Shown here: positions 60,939 to 64,000 of the stretch, piece after piece | Position numbering within the stretch: the first letter of the stretch is position 1 | Layout: each line of letters begins with the position of its first letter | Source of the DNA: Albugo candida | Taxonomy: Eukaryota | DNA: 64,000 nucleotides | Assembly (NCBI GenBank): GCA_040437565.1 | Contig: JBDOQK010000012.1 | Span: 248,001 to 312,000 of the forward strand | Direction: 5' to 3' | Translations under genes and position numbers: made by a program | Notes under the pieces: model-generated | What the model saw: the letters and a program-made list of their open reading frames with translations, nothing else | The model's database searches: none | Told to the model about the DNA's origin: nothing

Positions 60939-63586
60939 TCAGCATCGCTCAAATACTTTGTATAATTTCGTCAGGCACGCAATTGGTCGGATAATATCGT
61001 CAGTGTTCAAGTCGTACGGTGGTGTGAACGCAGTCGACTTGACTTTCATTGCAGGAAATATCACATGCTCGAGCATATCGGAGGTCTTATCCATTCCACC
61101 GATCCGTTCAGGCGCTTTTTCCTTGTTCGCGTTGTGCATTTCGTTCGTTTCTTCTGGATAGCGCAATTCCCCGTACCATTTTGCTACGATTTCTGCAATA
61201 TTGGAAAGACACTGCTCCTCTTCCTCCCAATTCACATCTGTCGCCAGACGGAATAGGAATTCAGGTAACGAGTGCAGAGAAGGAAGATGATGAGGTAGAA
61301 TCACCGGCAAGTGATGGAGCATTCCAGCGGAATCGATATCGATGGAGAAGTATTCCGCGAGCATGCGGCCCTGAACCACCAGCACTGCCTTCATTTCTTC
61401 CGCCAATTGGTCTTGAGGACCGTCTTCTTCATCGTACCCAACTCGTGGGTTGCAAAGAGCTTCATATAATAGCTCGTACACGGGCAACGGCGGTGCTATT
61501 TGAAAGGCTTCCAGCTGGCCGAATCGAGAAAGAAGTTGCTCATAGAAGAACGAAGTAGCTATCTTCTGATGCTGTACTATATACAGCTTGGTGCGATACT
61601 GTAGCAATGTAAAGCGGTGATCCACAATACCAACAAAAGTATGCTCACGAAACAACTAGCACAAAATCTATCAGTAACGAGGCTCGATATTTTAATGTGG
61701 CTGTACCTTGACAAGCTGTGAATTTCGCTTGGCTTGGATTTGTTGTATGAGATTTCTAACACTGGTGGGCATTGTGCGATTTTGCGTCGGCGTGCCGACA
61801 ACAGATGCTTGCGATTCGATGCTCTGTTCAGGTTCTGGCTCCGCGTCATCCTCAAGCTTATTGAAATCCAACCGAGCTGAGATTGGATGTGCATCCTCCA
61901 GGGATTTTTCAAGCCGCGGTTTCTTACAGCTGGAAGATATCGAGTTAGACCTTGACGTATCGACACTCTCACTTGTTCGCACTAGCGCTGATGACGTCAA
62001 ACGATTTTTTTGTGAGCTGGTGATTCGATACTTTTCGATAGAAATGGTACGAGGATCCGTTCGCACCATTCGGTTCGGCGTTTTGAGTGCATCATACTTC
62101 CGGGACATTGGCACTGGTTTCGCACTCAAATCGATGGAAATACAAGATTTTTGGGAGCCTTCGTCTCCGTCTGTATCCAAAGTCTGACTACAACTCAAAG
62201 ATTTTTTTGTTTTCTCGGAGCTGGTGGTAAGGCAAGTACCCGAGGCTTTTGTCTCACTCTGACTCATTAAATTCTGAATGGGCTGCAAAAGAAACGTTCG
62301 ACTCTGATCGTTCTTCTTGATCTCATTTTCCAAAGCGTTTACGATACTTTGTACAATCTCTTCCTCATACAAAAAGTGAACTTCCTGTTTGGTCGGGTGG
62401 ACATTCACATCGATATTTTGCGATGGCATGAGCAAGCTCAAGTATAAAAAAGGATGACATTGCTTGGGTATGTGCATGGAATACATATACTCACACGCAC
62501 GTTTAAGAGCTCCACAGCTGACTAACCGATGATTGATGAAGAAAAAGATGTGACCTCGCTTCAGACTGCACAAACACATGTCAAAAGGTGAGAGGTAGCG
62601 ACCGAAACAAGAATCAACCTAAAATTCGCGTTGCTGATCAAACCTTCTACCTGACACGGTTCAAGTTTGGCGGTTGTGATTCCATCCATGGCAACAGTGT
62701 GCTGGAAGGATAAAAGCTCAGATGCAAGTTTCGTACCGAAAATACTTTGCACGACTTGGCGTGTTTTTCCCAAAGAAGCAGCTTGAACCGTATTGAGAGA
62801 ACAATTCATTTCCTGATGCTGAATACACTACCGTCAATGAACAGCCATGACAATAAGAGAACCAACCTTTTTGCACACAAAACCAATTTTTTTCGATGCG
62901 AAATGAATCGCATATTTTTGGACAATATCGAGAATCCGCTGATATTGTTCAGCGGCATTTTTCAGCGCTTGACGTCGAGTGGGGAGATTATAAAAGAGGT
63001 CTTCAATCTGTCATATGGAGTTCACGTCTCTTTCACCATTGAGCATCGAGTTATTTACCACAATTAGCGTCCCATCTCTACCGGCACATGGAGCTGGATC
63101 AGAAGCACTTTTTGGGCAACTGGCAATTGGGTTTCCATCTCTATACTTTGCTCTACAAAACACGTCATGGACGGTCCAAGGCAATAAAAGTCACTCCACG
63201 CACCTAAAGGCGCACTCTTGTGTGGACGGCTTGCTGGTGATCGTCACGTGTGCAACATGAGAGATACTCGCGAGCGCTTCTCCACGGAATCCAAACGATT
63301 GAATCCAACAGAGATCTTCAAATTTTTGTATTTTACTGGTTGTGAATCGCTCACATACGATCTTCAAGTCGTCACGATGGATTCCTTTGCCATTATCCTG
63401 AATTTGGATTAGCTTAATGCCGCCTTGACTGATGGTGATGCTTATATTGGTAGCTCCCGCGTCAATACTGTTTTCTAGGAGCTCTTTCACTGCATTCTCA
63501 GGACGATGGATCACTTCTCCTGCTGCAATACGATTCACAACTTGAGCACTAAGACGCTCAATTCGTCGCATGATTAAAGGTTCCAT
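60939..63586 (-). CDS. MLH1: DNA mismatch repair protein MLH1, multi-exon
   Basis: [77 protein letters not shown]-terminal LYKVFERC. Confidence 0.96.
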
Positions 63587-63726
63587 TTCCAATAGAGAAA
63601 GGCAGCAGCGCTGACGATATCGTGAATTGTGTTTATTGGATAAATATGGACGTGATGCATTCTTAGTGGCTATTGATGACTATTCTGTCCAATCACAACA
63701 AATGAATCATTCTGTGGTGTAAGAAC

Positions 63727-64000
63727 ATGCGTGTTAGTCTAAACGTGCGCTTTAGCAGCACAAGGACGTCTCACTTGCGACCAATTCCTCGACTCAGTCC
63801 ACTCCTTCAACGCACACAACACCTTCCCGCTCTTTTTGGTCGATTTTACGCTGTATCCGCCGCTAAAAGTCCATTTGAAGTAGCACCATCGGAACTTTTG
63901 CCTGGGCTTTCCAAAGCCGAATTTCGATGTCGCCGCAAACGCTTTTTTGAAAAGCTTCCCAATGACTCTGCTTTTCTTCTCCCCGCTGCTGAAATCAAGT
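63727..64000 (+). CDS. Xaa-Pro aminopeptidase 3 / ICP55-like mitochondrial peptidase, 5' part (runs off right edge)
   Basis: Own translation MRVSLNVRFSSTRTSHLRP..(presequence-like)..SELLPGLSKAEFRCRRKRFFEKLPNDSAFLLPAAEIK resembles the AMP_N start of XPNPEP3/ICP55. Confidence 0.65.
   Translation, partial: MRVSLNVRFSSTRTSHLRPIPRLSPLLQRTQHLPALFGRFYAVSAAKSPFEVAPSELLPGLSKAEFRCRRKRFFEKLPNDSAFLLPAAEIK

Noticed and set aside
1-64000. CRISPR arrays, rRNA genes or prokaryotic defence operons
   Set aside because: No regularly spaced repeat-spacer array, rRNA-like sequence or operon structure seen; the window is eukaryotic

Overview
Eukaryotic genomic DNA, most likely a compact oomycete genome (Albugo-like; inferred from ~45-60 nt GT-AG introns, a PH-domain MAPK, mitochondrial FtsZ and very short intergenic spacers). 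Gene-dense blocks (12-39 kb, 48.8-64 kb) encode housekeeping genes: PH-SnoaL-C2-MAPK, dolichol kinase, RABL2, SNAPC1, a LysM protein, a divergent pair of Ctr copper transporters, GCP5, DHX16/Prp2, ATP11, AP-1 sigma, a PTEN/C2-RING protein, Trx-UBA-PUB, FtsZ, an ankyrin protein, a DHHC PAT, MLH1 and the start of an ICP55-like gene; an ERD2-like gene sits at the left edge. Two gene-sparse blocks stand out. (i) About 1.1-11.4 kb: a long, broken minus-strand reading frame that I read as a degraded endogenous bunya-like (negative-strand RNA) virus L/RdRp gene, apparently split by a ~3 kb insert carrying an intact candidate secreted-protein gene. This is manual motif reading and needs a profile search. 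(ii) 39-48.6 kb: two dead tandem kinesin copies, one hit by a tRNA-derived SINE, followed by a MULE and a Tc1/mariner. All eight 100-N gaps are flanked by exact overlaps, so those duplications are assembly artefacts.
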